From the NCBI GenBank assembly GCA_034780895.1, contig JAUZTB010000107.1, positions 33,891,934 through 33,955,933 of the forward strand: DNA of 64,000 nucleotides, read 5' to 3'. Made by a program: the position numbers and the translations under genes. Source of the stretch: Rhynchobatus australiae (taxonomy: Eukaryota). The notes under the pieces were generated by a model. That model ran no database searches and was not told the origin of the DNA. It saw only the letters and a list, made by a program, of their open reading frames with translations. Of this stretch, positions 26,501 through 39,700 are shown one piece after another. How positions within the stretch are numbered: the stretch's first letter is position 1; each line of letters begins with the position of its first letter.

Positions 26501-29500
26501 AAGTAAAATTTGCTTCTGTTCTTTTCCATAAGGTAAGAATTTGTACCTTTTCTTTTCAAAAAACAGAATGTTCTAATTAATAATAATTTAGTTCAAAGAA
26601 AATGCTTCTAGACTTCCAAATAAGCAGCACTGTAAACTTGCAACATCACACATACCATGTTTAGACGATAACAAGTATCACAAAAATGCAGATTCAAACT
26701 AAAAAATGTATTCCTTAAGCTAACAAGGCTAGAAATTGACACTGATGTATCGGACCAAAACCATTGGTAGTTGAGAAGCAACAACGTAGCTGTGGCCAGC
26801 TCACTGGTACAGTAATGACACCGGTAATATAATCATGAATGCCCACTACTTTGAGTTCCACCAACACAACATTATTTTTTAAGAGACTATTTTTGACTCC
26901 AAAAGATAACTACCTATAAAAGGCATGTGTATTTTCAATTCACTGAATTCACAACAAAACACAGGCTGTGTATTGTTGCAAATTCAGTAGTGCTATCTAC
27001 AATTCTGACTGCCAAGATTTTAGTTGGAGAGAGAGTAGGCAATGTTGGCAAATAGTCTAATTGAAGGAATTCTCACTAGTATGTTTCAACTATATTATGA
27101 AGGCATTCCAGCATTCCAAAATGCAATGCAAACTATGTAAATTGTAGACTTTCTGTTGGTGCCATAGCACTGTAATAGTATTGGTACAATTAATTAATAA
27201 CTAATTAAATTTATTTCCCTGTCATTTGTATCCTCACGAATATCAATTTCACTCTCTTCACAGGAGTATGACATACTGGACATCAATTTCACTTATTTGA
27301 GGCACAGCTAATACATTTAATGAGCTATCAATTCAAGGTAGTTATATTTTTCTCTTCAAATTAAGCACTGTAAAAGAGTAGCAAATCAATCTCTATTTTT
27401 GCAAACCTATTAAACTCTTGGTTTTTGTAAATTCAGAGGAGCAAAGAGTTAAAATTCTGGACCTACTTCAATGAACTATCCTTAATATGGTAAGATTTTG
27501 TTGAAGTTCCAGAACTCCTTAACGTTGGATCTCCATACAGCTGTTGGTGCACTTTCTCAACAGTCTGTANNNNNNNNNNNNNNNNNNNNNNNNNNNNNNN
27601 NNNNNNNNNNNNNNNNNNNNNNNNNNNNNNNNNNNNNNNNNNNNNNNNNNNNNNNNNNNNNNNNNNNNNNNCTTGTGGCCATGAAAATATTTATCCTTCA
27701 CTCAGTATTATTGCTGTTTTCAAATTACATATTTTAAAAAAGTGATAGTATGTTATTATAAAGTGATTGTTATCAAGCTTTAGATGATAAATAGTATGTT
27801 TACAAACACTCAAGTTCAAACTTACTAAATGTTAAAGCAGATTTGAATCACAATTTTAAATATTGAATTCTAATATTGATAAATTTGATTCTTTTACCCA
27901 TTAGAAGTAAGTTTTACCCCACTGTGAAACAAATTCATGCAATACCACAATCNNNNNNNNNNAGGTAAAACAATAACAGTGCAAAATAAAGTATTAAAAT
28001 GAAAGGTAATAGATTAGAATATATCAGTAGATATTTACTGCAACCACCTGTATGATACATTGGGGAAACAAATAAATTAATGAGAGTCACTTACAGGGTT
28101 ACAATGACCTCAAAAATAAAGATACACCTTAATATATGACAACTGATATTGGATATCAGAAAGCAACCACTTCACAGAATGAACGTAATCAAATGTCACT
28201 TTAGCTGCAATTGTTCTTACAAAGTTAGTTAAGCCTGTTAGTTTTCACAGAATGTGCTGTTGTCATTCAGAAGTCATGCATCATTAACCCTTTCTCTCAG
28301 TTCAGCTTGCCTTCAAAAACTGAGAAATGATTACTTTTCACAACTGTGTCTAAACACCATCCATATAGTACACAAAAAGGATCTTTTAGTTGCCAAAATA
28401 TATAGCAAGTAATTCACCATCAAAGAACAAGATAAACCTTTGAAAAAGCTACTTCAGTTAGTCAAAGAGCAAGAAAAAAATTATACAGACACTATCAATG
28501 TTTGGAAATAGCTTAACACCTATTCATAATATAATTGCCAGTTGACAAAGGCCAATCATACTATCCCATTATATAAAGATCCTCTAGAGAATGTGGTTTG
28601 CTTTTGGGAAGTTTATTGAACTGCAGATGCAAAACCATATATCTACATCTTACTTTATGTGTAATAAGGTCTGTCAGCACTCTGCTAATGTACTATACTC
28701 AAAAATCATTAATTCTCCAATACCTAATGCCAACTTTATTCATTAAGACCCAATTACTTTTTTCTGCTATGGATTGCTTGGCCAGCAATTTTGTGAATTT
28801 ATGTACAGGTATGAATCTACTGTGATACTGATTATTTGCCATAAATGGCAAATAGGTTTTAATGTACACCCAGTAACGCAATCTATATTCAGAATGTGCA
28901 TGTTAAGTGTTATTATACAGATATTCTTATAATGATTATTAAACAATGTCAAATGAAAAGGTATGTAATAATTAAATGTATTTCCTAAATTTCAAACTGT
29001 TCCTACTGTTGTTCATATAAATAAGCATATCTAAAAAATGCAATAATTACGAGTTGAGTTGTCAATACTTTATAATTAAACTATATAATAATAATGCCAT
29101 ATAATTTGTTTCTTCATAACAAATGGTTTAGCATTAATGTAAGTTGTCAGGAGATGTCACTGATACAGCAAGAATGAATAAAACTCAAGCAACGTACAAT
29201 CAACAGGATTTAATTTTTTATCTCCTCCCCTTGATAGAGAACATCTACCCAAATAGCTTTATTTAGTTGAGAAATGCTCAAACTATTTGCACAGTCCCAT
29301 AGGACCCTAGTTCTTAGCTGGACCACACAAATGCTATTTCCAAATGTCAGCTTATGCTGGGACTCAAACCTACAGCCACAACAGTGCAAAGCAAATGATT
29401 CAACCNNNNNNNNNNNNNNNNNNNNNNNNNNNNNNNNNNNNNNNNNNNNNNNNNNNNNNNNNNNNNNNNNNNNNNNNNNNNNNNNNNNNNNNNNNNNAAT

Positions 29501-32183
29501 TTTATAAAAAAGAAATAACTTTGAAAGAGCACAGTTGAATATTTTTCTTACATTCATATTAAAGGTTAGGGTGCACCTAAATACTGCATTGTTTAACAGG
29601 AACTTTTTAAAAATCTGTCAACTTATTAAATTACCATACCAATTATTCAGTTTTATAATTCAGACTGCTTTAATTAGAGAAGTATCCATACAAAATCTGT
29701 TATAATAGTACAATATCATAAGTAGATATTGAGATAACTAAACACAACGACTCCAGATAGGAAATAGTTTTATTTTTTTAAATGTTTACGCTTCATGTGG
29801 CAACATCATTCAGCAAATTGTATATACTTAAATAAATTACAGTTGATACATTTCCATGGATTTAACAAATGCATAGACATGAGATTTATTAAGATTTGCT
29901 ACCTCTTCGCAATGAAGGATTGTTTCATATAAATATTTAAGAAAATCTACATCTGCAGATATCAATATTGATATTTAGATTTGTATATTTCTTTATTCCA
30001 CTATGTATCTTTTACCTACGTTTTAAACTTAGCTAGTGTCAGTATCTCTGACTACAAAATGAACTGTGTTTGAATGTTCTCACTTTCAAAGTTCTTGTGA
30101 AGTCCTACTCTAACTAGAAGTGTACCAAATCTCAATTTGTCCCAATGTGTTGCAAGCTACTATCGAGGCATATTGCATCTGGAGATAAAAATTTTGGCTA
30201 GAGCCTTGCTTAATTTATGCAACATGTTCCACTATATTTTGTTTCAGCTCAAGTACTGTTTATTCTTAATGTAGCCATACTTTGGCAACAGATAACAAAC
30301 TTCCACAGCACTGTCCCACACGAATCTGCAACTGACAATTGGACTCAAAGTCCCTAACTGGAAGCTGAAAAAAATCCACAGTGCATGTCACGAATGTCCA
30401 CCCGAATCGCCAAAACAGTATTATTATATGTTTAGTAATCTATACACATTGTGTGTGTGTGTCTGTGTGTTCATATACATGGAGGCACATGGCAAACAAA
30501 AATTTCTAAATAATGATTATCTTTTGTGACTTAACTTGTTAAGAATGGAGTACAAGGCAGGTGATCCATATGATTCAGATGGTAAGACGCTTCACGGTTG
30601 CATCTTAATGAAAAAACATAAAGCCCTTTTGGACAGTGGAAGTTTCGGGGTCCCAAGTGACTGTTTTTTTGGGGGGAGGGAAGAGGGTCACATTGTCTCC
30701 TTTATCATTTAGTTTTACTATTGTGCAGTTGCATGTGTACAGAAGCGAGAAGGCAAGCCCACCGCCTGGGCACACGGTTGAAAGGTTTCAGAGAAGCGGA
30801 CCCTTGACAACGGCCCAGCAGAGGCTTTGTTTGATCTGCAAATGCTTCGTTGCTCTGGGTTGTCAAGGTTCGCTTCTTGCTGGCCTGTTTACTTTACTGC
30901 GATTTTCTCAGACATTTGGTAATCCAAGATGAAGGAGGGCTGAATTCCACATTGTTTTCTTTTCGCTAAACATTAAACAGACCCTTACTTTGGATGCCTC
31001 CCCACCCCACCACCCCCCCCCCCCCAGGAGATGCCCCAAGTAAATAACAACAACCGGATTGTGGGAGGGTTGCGAACGGCCGCCCCTGGGGATGAGGCAG
31101 CCTGGCTAATGTTATCACAAATACAGTTATTTGGGTGATTAATCTGCACTTCATCAAGCTCAGTACCTTGCTTCTACCGGTGTTCTTCTCTTTAAACTCC
31201 GCGGGCAAACACAAACAACTCATTGTCCGCCCGGACAGCCGCCAAAACCTCGCAAGTCGGCGAAGTCGAGCGAACAACTTTCAGTCAGAAACTCGCGCGC
31301 GCCGCCCTCCCATTAAGAAGGGAACAAGGATAAAATATTTTGTTTTAAAATCTACTTTAATATAATGCATATGTACATGTTAATGATGAGTGTTTTTTTT
31401 TTAAAAATGAAGCATTGTTTCATTCTCTGGTGTTTATTGCTCCAATTGACAGTGGCCGTGCTGAGACGGACAGCCGCATCTGACGTGCAGCCCCCGTCTG
31501 ACAGGCGAGTGTGAAGGAGGGTGGGGAGACCCATGGAGGTGTGCAAGATCTGACTAACTACCGGCATGACCACAGCGGAGAACCCTTGCGCTGCTCGGCT
31601 ACCTGCGTAGTCTTTCGACGACAAATTTTTTAAAAAAGTCAAACAAGCACCAAGTTAACTACAAAGTAAGAGGGGGAGCACGCACAGCTCCCGGGGGGCA
31701 GGCAGTGCAATGCCAGGCCCGGAACGAGCACTTAGGGGAAAGCACGACCTCCACCAGCAACCCCGCGCTCTTCACCCAGCCGGCAGCGGAGGGGGTCCGG
31801 ACGCCACCCTACTCATCCCCAAGCCCCGCACCGCTCCGGCCGGTGTCCCCGTACCACACACCTCACCTCAAGCAGAGCGGGGCGTTCAGCCGGGGGAAGC
31901 TATCTATCCTCCGATGATATTGAATGAGCGAGCGGGGGCGGAGAGGGCGCTGGCCGGGACATTCGTTTTGGAACAGTCTGGTATTGTTTCTGGAAGTGGG
32001 GGGCTTGCGCTCACCCTCGCTGTCGGGGTGATTCCGGCCTTACACCCATTAACATTCCCGGCCGACTGGAGCGTTAGGCCGTCTGATACAATGCAATACA
32101 TTACAACTCTCCAGCAGACAGCACTACTTTCTTAAAACAGCAGTAAGTTTAAACCGCCAGCGCTCTGGCTGCGGGCTTCTTAC

Positions 32184-32317
32184 TTTGAGTACTGGAGCTT
32201 CCAGCGGCCAAAACTTGGAGAAAGTGGCGATGAAGTCTATTCGGGTCGCACTGAAGAGCTGAAGACACTAGGCATTGCAATAACTTGATGTCCCCTTCCC
32301 CCAACCACAATAAATAT
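32184..32317 (-). other. Candidate 134-nt non-coding exon 2 (possibly a cassette exon)
   Basis: Acceptor gaggtttttttgtgtgtcag| at 32317 and donor AAA|gtaaga at 32184. It contains a short uORF, MPSVFSSSVRPE*. Confidence 0.45.
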
Positions 32318-33003
32318 CTGACACACAAAAAAACCTCAATGCAATGCAGTATGGAATGCTCAAACTATGACTAAATAGAATTGTGGAAATGTTGGGATCC
32401 GCATTTGCCCCATAATTTTAATGACCTTCGATATAATTCGATGCTATCGCCCTCGTGTGATGCCCATCCAAACTCGCACGGGTCTTTTTGAAAGTACAGG
32501 ATGAGAAAAAGTGACAAGTTTCAGGAGTTCCCCCCCCTCCCCTCCCCTTCCCATGCGGTTCCTGCTGTGTGCCTATTCCCCCTACAGGAATGGTGTGATC
32601 CTGGAGAAGAGATTCCTCGATCCACAGCCTGTCAGGTCTCCGGCGAACTGCCGATCCTGCTCCTGCTTCTCAGCAAACTCGCAAAAAGAAACCTCACGCA
32701 ACACAACTCCTTGAAACTGACCACACTCGCTAATAACCCCTTGCTAAACAAGCCAGAGAGTCCCACGTCTCAATTGAGACACAAACCACCGTCCCCCCTG
32801 GCCAGCGCATTTTTCTTTTACAGAGCCAATGCAAATTGTTTATGCCCGAGTCGAAACTCACTTTCACAAACAACAACATTTTTTTTTGCAAACACCCCAA
32901 ACTGCACGTGGGGCTTGGAGGAAATCAAAGTCAAGCCAAGCAGAAAGAGTTAATCTAAAAGCGAACAGGGGCAGGGAGAGAAAAGAATCAAATTCAAACT
33001 TAC

Positions 33004-33240
33004 CAGTTGGTACAGCTTTAGGTTGTTGGGTAACCAGAAGATAATTTGACCCTGCAACACACATGCGATTGTGTACGAGAAAGCATGCAACAAGCACACA
33101 ATAAATAACAATATATTACTCCGCTCTGGCACTACGTTGTGGAGCTGCCGCTTTCCAAAGACACAAAAATCTCCCTGGTGCAACTAAGCAGCCGGATTGA
33201 ACTCACACTTGATGGGATCCTTTCCTATCCTGCTGCCGCG
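33004..33240 (-). other. Candidate first exon of an unidentified minus-strand gene
   Basis: Near-consensus donor CTG|gtaagt at 33004, directly downstream (minus sense) of the CCAAT/CRE/forkhead cluster inside the CpG island. The 5' end is an estimate. Confidence 0.55.
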
Positions 33241-33269
33241 CGTTNNNNNNNNNNGGGGGGGGGGGCAGA

Positions 33270-33355
33270 GAATACCAATCGCGGAGTTGGATGTTGTTAT
33301 TTTTTGCTGCGAGCTGCCCCCTGACGTCATATCCACCTGCTGTGTAAACAACATG
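33270..33355. promoter_or_regulatory. Proximal promoter motifs: CCAAT, full CRE, E-box, forkhead site
   Basis: CCAAT at 33275-33279, TGACGTCA at 33322-33329, CACCTG at 33334-33339 and GTAAACAA at 33344-33351. Confidence 0.65.
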
Positions 33356-33507
33356 TATCAGGGCTTTAAGGGGGGAAAGCTGGTCTAGGATCGGAGCTTT
33401 GAGCACAGGCAGTTAGGGTGCACCGGTGCAATTTTGGCGTTAACGCCAAAATTATAAACAACCATAAACCCCGACGGTGTCATTCGGGCTATGAAGGAGC
33501 TCGACCC

Positions 33508-33780
33508 AGTGAAAGTGATTGTGTAAAAAGTGAAAGTGTGTGTGTGTGTGTGTGTTTCTTAACAGACAGCTGGGCCAAGGAAGCGACTCCGAGAGGCGGC
33601 AGCGCTCCGCTCGGTTCGGCTCCGCTCGGCACGGCTCGCTCGGTGCACTCTGGCCAATGAAGGCGGCTGGGTTCGGGAGGTGAAAGTTCAGCAGGAGGAC
33701 AACCCTGTCAGGAAGTGGAAAGTGTCAATCTTTAGAGTGCCAAACCTACTCTTATCTACTTCACCGACTCTATATAAAAA
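33508..33780. promoter_or_regulatory. IRF/PRDM1-type sites, CCAAT, ETS and TATA-like motifs
   Basis: AGTGAAAGTG at 33508-33517, AAAGTGAAAGTG at 33527-33538, CCAAT at 33654-33658, CAGGAAGTG at 33709-33717 and TATATAAA at 33771-33778. Confidence 0.55.
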
Positions 33781-36700
33781 AAACACGGACGATCTGGAAG
33801 TGTCGAACCACTAATGTGCCTTATTTTTCTGTCTCTCATTCAGTAACCGCGGCTATGTTCAAGGGTTATTTATTATTTTACAAAGGAAAGAAATAACAAA
33901 AGTTCAGTTGGAAGGGGTAAGATGTAGAGGGTAAAGTTTATAACTTGTGATACATGTCACTGTTTTTAATGACTTGTTGTGCACATCTGGTTGTATCATT
34001 TCAGCTCTTTGATGAATGGGAAAGATGCTCTTTGATATGATTGTCTAGGTGTAATCAGCTCTGAACTCCACCATCGTGGAGTATGACACCAGCCTTCAAA
34101 CCTTTAATCGCCTTTTAAGACCTATCTTCTGATACATTCTTACTCTGCGTATTAAGGGAATTGATATATAACTCTCTCCGAAACAATCGAGCACACGAAA
34201 CTGCGACAATTTTTTTCCTTGATAGCCTTATAATAAAAACATTAATTACGAACCCGATGGGGCGATTTTTCTTTTCTTGAAAAATGCTTACGAACCGGTT
34301 CAGTAGTCCAATTAACACTTCTAGAACGTAACATTAATCTGCAATTTAACTGAAATCTTTCTGAAACCTTGCGTGTCCTTGATCAAGGACTGAAATGCAG
34401 AGATATAAATTTATTTATAAATGACGCTTAATTTATTACAGGGGGCATCGGTGGCCGTGCTGAAGAGTGGCGGATTTCTTTCAAGTCTCCGTTCTACTGA
34501 GAGATGGATTTGTGCAAACGGAGAGCTTGGGACGCCATCCCCTGGTTATAAAAGCATCGGGAAAAGCCAAGGAGAAAATAATGTGTAAAGACAGTATTAT
34601 TTGTGTGGGATCCGATGCAGAATTAAATGTTACAATGTTATAAATATATATTCATCTTGCTTGAAGGTGTCCTGATCATACAATGAACAAAAATAATCAA
34701 AATCTGAGTCCGAATCATATTACATTTATTGTCATTTTTAGGTTTAATATGTAATAAACGCTGTTACTAAAATTAAGTTTACATGCACTAAGAGGATGAT
34801 TCACAACCCGTTTTACAATAACTCGTGCTTTTATAAAAGTATTAAAATGGAATTTCTACGCAATGTTTGAAACTTTGGGTCGCGGAACTTCCTGTAGTTC
34901 TCTCCAGCCCGCCCAAACGGTGGTCTATTTCGCATCAAATACATTGAAATAGGTTATTGTCAAAAGATGGGAGCCGAAAATATTTGGGATATTTTTCAAT
35001 CCCGAACGAATAGCTGTAGTGGAAAGTAATTGAGTTCGTTTCGATTGCACTTTTCTGAATCCTTCCCGAACATACTTACAATTCCGTTTCCACTGGCTTA
35101 TCTGACGGCTTACCTGAAGGAGTGCGCTGGCAGTTCAATGCGAATTGTGAAGACCCGCGGAACTTTCGGAGAACAGCAAGGACATTTAGCGATATTCAGC
35201 TCAGATTATTGGATTTAGCAGGCTGCTGTTTTGTTTTGTGTGTGAATGCAAAACTGCGAGAGCAAAGTGAAGTTAAGAGGTAGCATACACATAAGGGGTA
35301 GTAATAAACACATCTCGAATGTAACCTAAATGTTGAACTTGATTGTAAGCTTAACCCAATTATGATTTCTCAATACCTCGTATGCTCTTCTTCACGTTGT
35401 TTAAAAGAGTCAATTTCGTATTTAAATAATCACACCTCCAATTCACTTCATCGTTATATAGTTACATTTTTCCACTAATATCCACCTAGCACCAAGCTAT
35501 GTCCTAAAATGTTCAATGTGAAATAAAAATGGAAACAATGCAGGCTTTGTTTTTAACTGAGTTTAACTAAACATTAAACACCTTGTGGATAAATCCACGT
35601 CTATTATTACCATGCGCTCATTCAAAACTAACTCCCCTCTTGTTCAAGATTATTTTAAGAAAAACGGTAAAGACTTAAAATGAAATCAGATAAATGGGCT
35701 TTCGCATATTCTATTCCAATCGTTCAAGTCTCCGTGGTACTTACGGTTGCAAAGTAATTGGATTTTATTTCAGACGGGGATATTATAAAGATTTTATGAA
35801 AAGATTTGTTCATTTAGTAAGCGTGCTGCCCTTTCACCGTCTGACACATCTGGAGNNNNNNNNNNNNNNNNNNNNNNNNNNNNNNNNNNNNNNNNNNNNN
35901 NNNNNNNNNNNNNNNNNNNNNNNNNNNNNNNNNNNNNNNNNNNNNNNNNNNNNNNTCTGACACATCTGGAGTATTCAAGAGAAGTGTGCATCTCGGTGAG
36001 CGAACACTTTTAGAATAGTGTTGTACTCTGGGTTTTCCTGATCCCTGTATTTGTTCAGGTATGTGCCATTTTGTAAAAAAATATTGTTAAAAGTACTACA
36101 ATTGCCTGGATGCATCAGAGGGAGCATAATAACCTTTGTGAAGAGGCATCGGCAATGTCGCAGAAATTAGCGTGAGGTTTTTTGGGGGATCCATCAGCGT
36201 GGATGTTTAACTCGGTAGCCTCTCAGATGGAGTCACTCAGCTGCATCGGTATCACGGGCTTAAGGACATTCGGTGTATCAGTTATCCTCGTTATGTGTAA
36301 TCTTTATACGCGTGGCCTCTCAGTAGTATGTTCACTTATCTATATCGGCTATCATTAATACAGTTATTTACCTATACAGTCATTTACCTGTATGGACCTG
36401 TATTGTAACTCTGTACTAGGAATGGCTTTCACAAGTGTTGTCGGTAAGCAGTATGGACTGTCAGATGTAGAGCCACCCGATGTACAGATTATTAACCTTT
36501 GCTTGCCACATTCCGGTCCTGCTACAGCAAAGACGGTTCAGCAGTGGGAATGGAATATTTATTTGAAATATTCGCTGTTCGGCTGATGGCCGTGATTTTG
36601 CCCTTAGCATGGTACCAACATCTGAAGAAAGCATGTCGAAGCTGTGATCATACAGGGAATTTAGGGGAGGGGGCATGGTTGACGGAGGATAAAGCTTCCT

Positions 36701-39700
36701 CTTACATTTCCTTCTGGCTCATTCTCACACTTAGTCTTTCTTTTCCCCTGGATCTTCAAACAACCTATCTAGAAATCAGTTTTTAATCTCGTATCGATTT
36801 TAATTATATTCTTCATTTGTCCCCTTCACACTATAGACTTTGAAGGTTTCTGTTACATTATTTATTCTCTCTGGGTCCTGGATTAGTCAGATCGTTTGTT
36901 ACTTGTATTTTTCGTCAATGAATGACAGGTTGTGCTTTGCCATCAACAAATACCAGAGACCCCTTTGACTCCTTTCAGCTGAGTTTCCCCAAACTTATGC
37001 ATGTTTAAAGATAGTGCCATACTGTGAAATGAAATCACCCACCTACCATCTTGCAGCTCATTTTGTATTGACTGGTTTAGGTTTCTATCCAAATGACAGC
37101 ACAGTATGTGACCACTGATGTTTACAGGTTAGTTGTATACTGTATAATTTTTGGTGGATTCTCAGATCTCTCTCCCTTATAATGACAGGTTTTCATGTCA
37201 ACTTTTTGATTATATTGCACTTTTTAATGTTACCTTTTGACATTTACTGTATATCCAAGATTACATCACACAATATTTGTTAAAGTGATTCCAGATTTCC
37301 TTGATAAACTCACATTAAGATGCTATTTCTTGGGGTTATGAATAATCAAATGACCTTTGTTTCAATTTCTCTTCTTCTTACATTCTTTCATTTTCTCCCA
37401 TTTCTATTTCTTTGATTTTCCCCAATTTTTAAGATATAAACTTACCCAAGTAAACAACATACAAATTCTTCTCCAAAGCAAAACAACTAACAGAACATAA
37501 AGACGTAAATGTTAAATAAAACCATGCACAGCTAGCATAAAATATTTATACCAATGAAATCTAGGGCCAATAATTTCAAAGAAGCTAAATAATATTTTCT
37601 TTAAGTGGCAATAACCCCAAAGTGACATCAGTTTCACTTGCGATAAAGTTAATTAAATGTTAAAAATAAAACGTTGTCACTTGCAACAATATCAATTAGA
37701 CCAACAATAAATACTGAATTCTGATGTAACCATATAAAATGCTGAAAAACATAACTTAGTCTGAACCTTATTTGTCCATTTTCAGTTAATGCATTTGCTA
37801 TGTATTTTTCGTTTTCCCTTGCTGTTACATTTTTCATTTTCTAGATTGAATTATATGTCTTGCTTTAGTTTTATTTTAGAATTTTTGTATTTGTTATTAA
37901 TTATCTTCCATTTTCCTTTACTTTATTTGTGTTATCCTCATTAGCCTCTCAGTTCCCATCTTGAGTTTGATTTCCTATTTGTTCCTTTAATCTGTTGCTT
38001 TATCATCAATCACCCAGCTTCGCAGCTTGAAGCCTTCTCTACAGTTTTGCAGCAGTGAATATGTTCCTATTGATCACACAGCCAACCCCAAACAAAACAG
38101 TACATGCAAATCTATCCCATCATTCTACCTACAAAGAGAATAATGGCGCTTGAGGATACAGCTATTGTATTTTCTCCAATTGCCAGTACAGCTCAGCAGG
38201 ACAAATCAAGACCTCAGTCGGGGCCTGTAGTTAGCTGTAATAGATGCAATAAGCCATCCCCATGGTCCTGTTGGCTAACTACACAGGCAGTTTTATATAT
38301 TTTTTAACTAAGCTGAACTGTATCATGTCTCAGCTTACATCTGGAGGACAAAGAAAGGAGATTGATTTCTCAGATAAAAGACTCCAAAGATTGTGGGGTT
38401 TTTTTGCAGATCAGATGCATTCCTTAACAGGATACTGCTTGACATATTTTCTTAGTCTAGGGTATTTGTGACAAATAAAACACATGGCTAATTGAATGTC
38501 CCAATGCTCATTAAAAGAACTTTCATATCCATCCTTAGAAGCTTGTTGCAGTAGAAGATTAGAACAAAATTTATCCCAGATGGTAACTGAACAATTTTGA
38601 CTTTTATTAGAAGAGGGCATTGGAGGCAGAAGCAAGTGGAAGTATCAAGATTTTCTTGGTCTCAGCACTACCCAAGAAACAGAAGTAAAATGAAGTTTTC
38701 CCTTTTCTGATAAGTATTCAACAGCCAATTTACGAATGAATAGCTAGATATCGATGAATATGTATTAGGAGATGAAAATAAGTCTGAAATTTGTACAATG
38801 CAGTTTCTTCTATTTGACCAACAGTGTGATAATAGAATAGAATTGCTGAGCCAGAAGCTCAAATTCCTCCTCATCATCATACAGAAAAAAGAGTTGGCAT
38901 TTCCACAATATTATGTAAACAAATAAAAACCACCAAGCGAGTGAATAAAGCCTCTGTTTAATTCTTTCACTATAGAGAGTGTGAATCCAGTACTTAGTAT
39001 TACATGGGAGCACTCAGATATGGCTGACTCAAATGTTTTCATTGATTTTAACTCAACAGAAGGGAAATAAATAATCTGAAGGGTTTACAGCTGAGTCTTT
39101 CTAGGTATTTCAAATTCACTTTGTTTCAGGAGAGTTTCTTATGATATTGTCACCAGTGATTGTGGATGATTATACCGTTAATTTCCCTGATAAAACCAGA
39201 GACTTATCTTCAGGCAGTACAGCAATATGATAATTGTCCTTATGATTGGGTAGTTGGCACTGGTTGTACTGTCTCATTAACTTCCCTTATTGACACCCCT
39301 AAGGCATTAAGGTTTAATTCTTTGATACTAGAGCTGTAATGGAACTGTTTTTTTGGCATCAAAGCTCAAAATATGTGCAATAAAACAAAGGTTTGGCAGC
39401 ATTGATAGTGTTAGGGAATCTAACAATGCTGTTGAATTTAATCAGAGTGGTTGGAAGAATGTTCTGATGCTAGCAAAGCAGCTTCAAACAAAACGGATCA
39501 ATTAATGCTCTTGTTGATTTCATCTTGAATTCTAATCTAAAATTGTGAATTTCTCTATTTCATTATTAAGTTAATAAAACATATTTCCTGTATAACAGAT
39601 TAGTATGATTCAATTTCTTATGCATCTTATTTTGTTGATTGAGATGAATGCATCGGATTTTAAAGAACAGGCCATTGCATTAAGGTTACTAAATATCCCT

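Larger units (their letters stand above)
30750..35250. promoter_or_regulatory. CpG island / promoter region
   Basis: GC content and CpG density rise sharply (e.g. 31200-31320, 31690-32230, 33590-33680) against CpG-depleted, AT-rich flanks. Judged by eye. Confidence 0.85.

Noticed and set aside
31135-33044. ORFs of 60-150 aa within the CpG island
   Set aside because: These are expected from stop-codon scarcity in GC-rich DNA. They overlap on both strands and have no recognisable domains.
35840-35971. Direct repeat tctgacacatctggag flanking an N gap (similar cases at 11121/11233, 15889/15995 and 23836/23885)
   Set aside because: Most likely overlapping contig ends from scaffolding, not target-site duplications.
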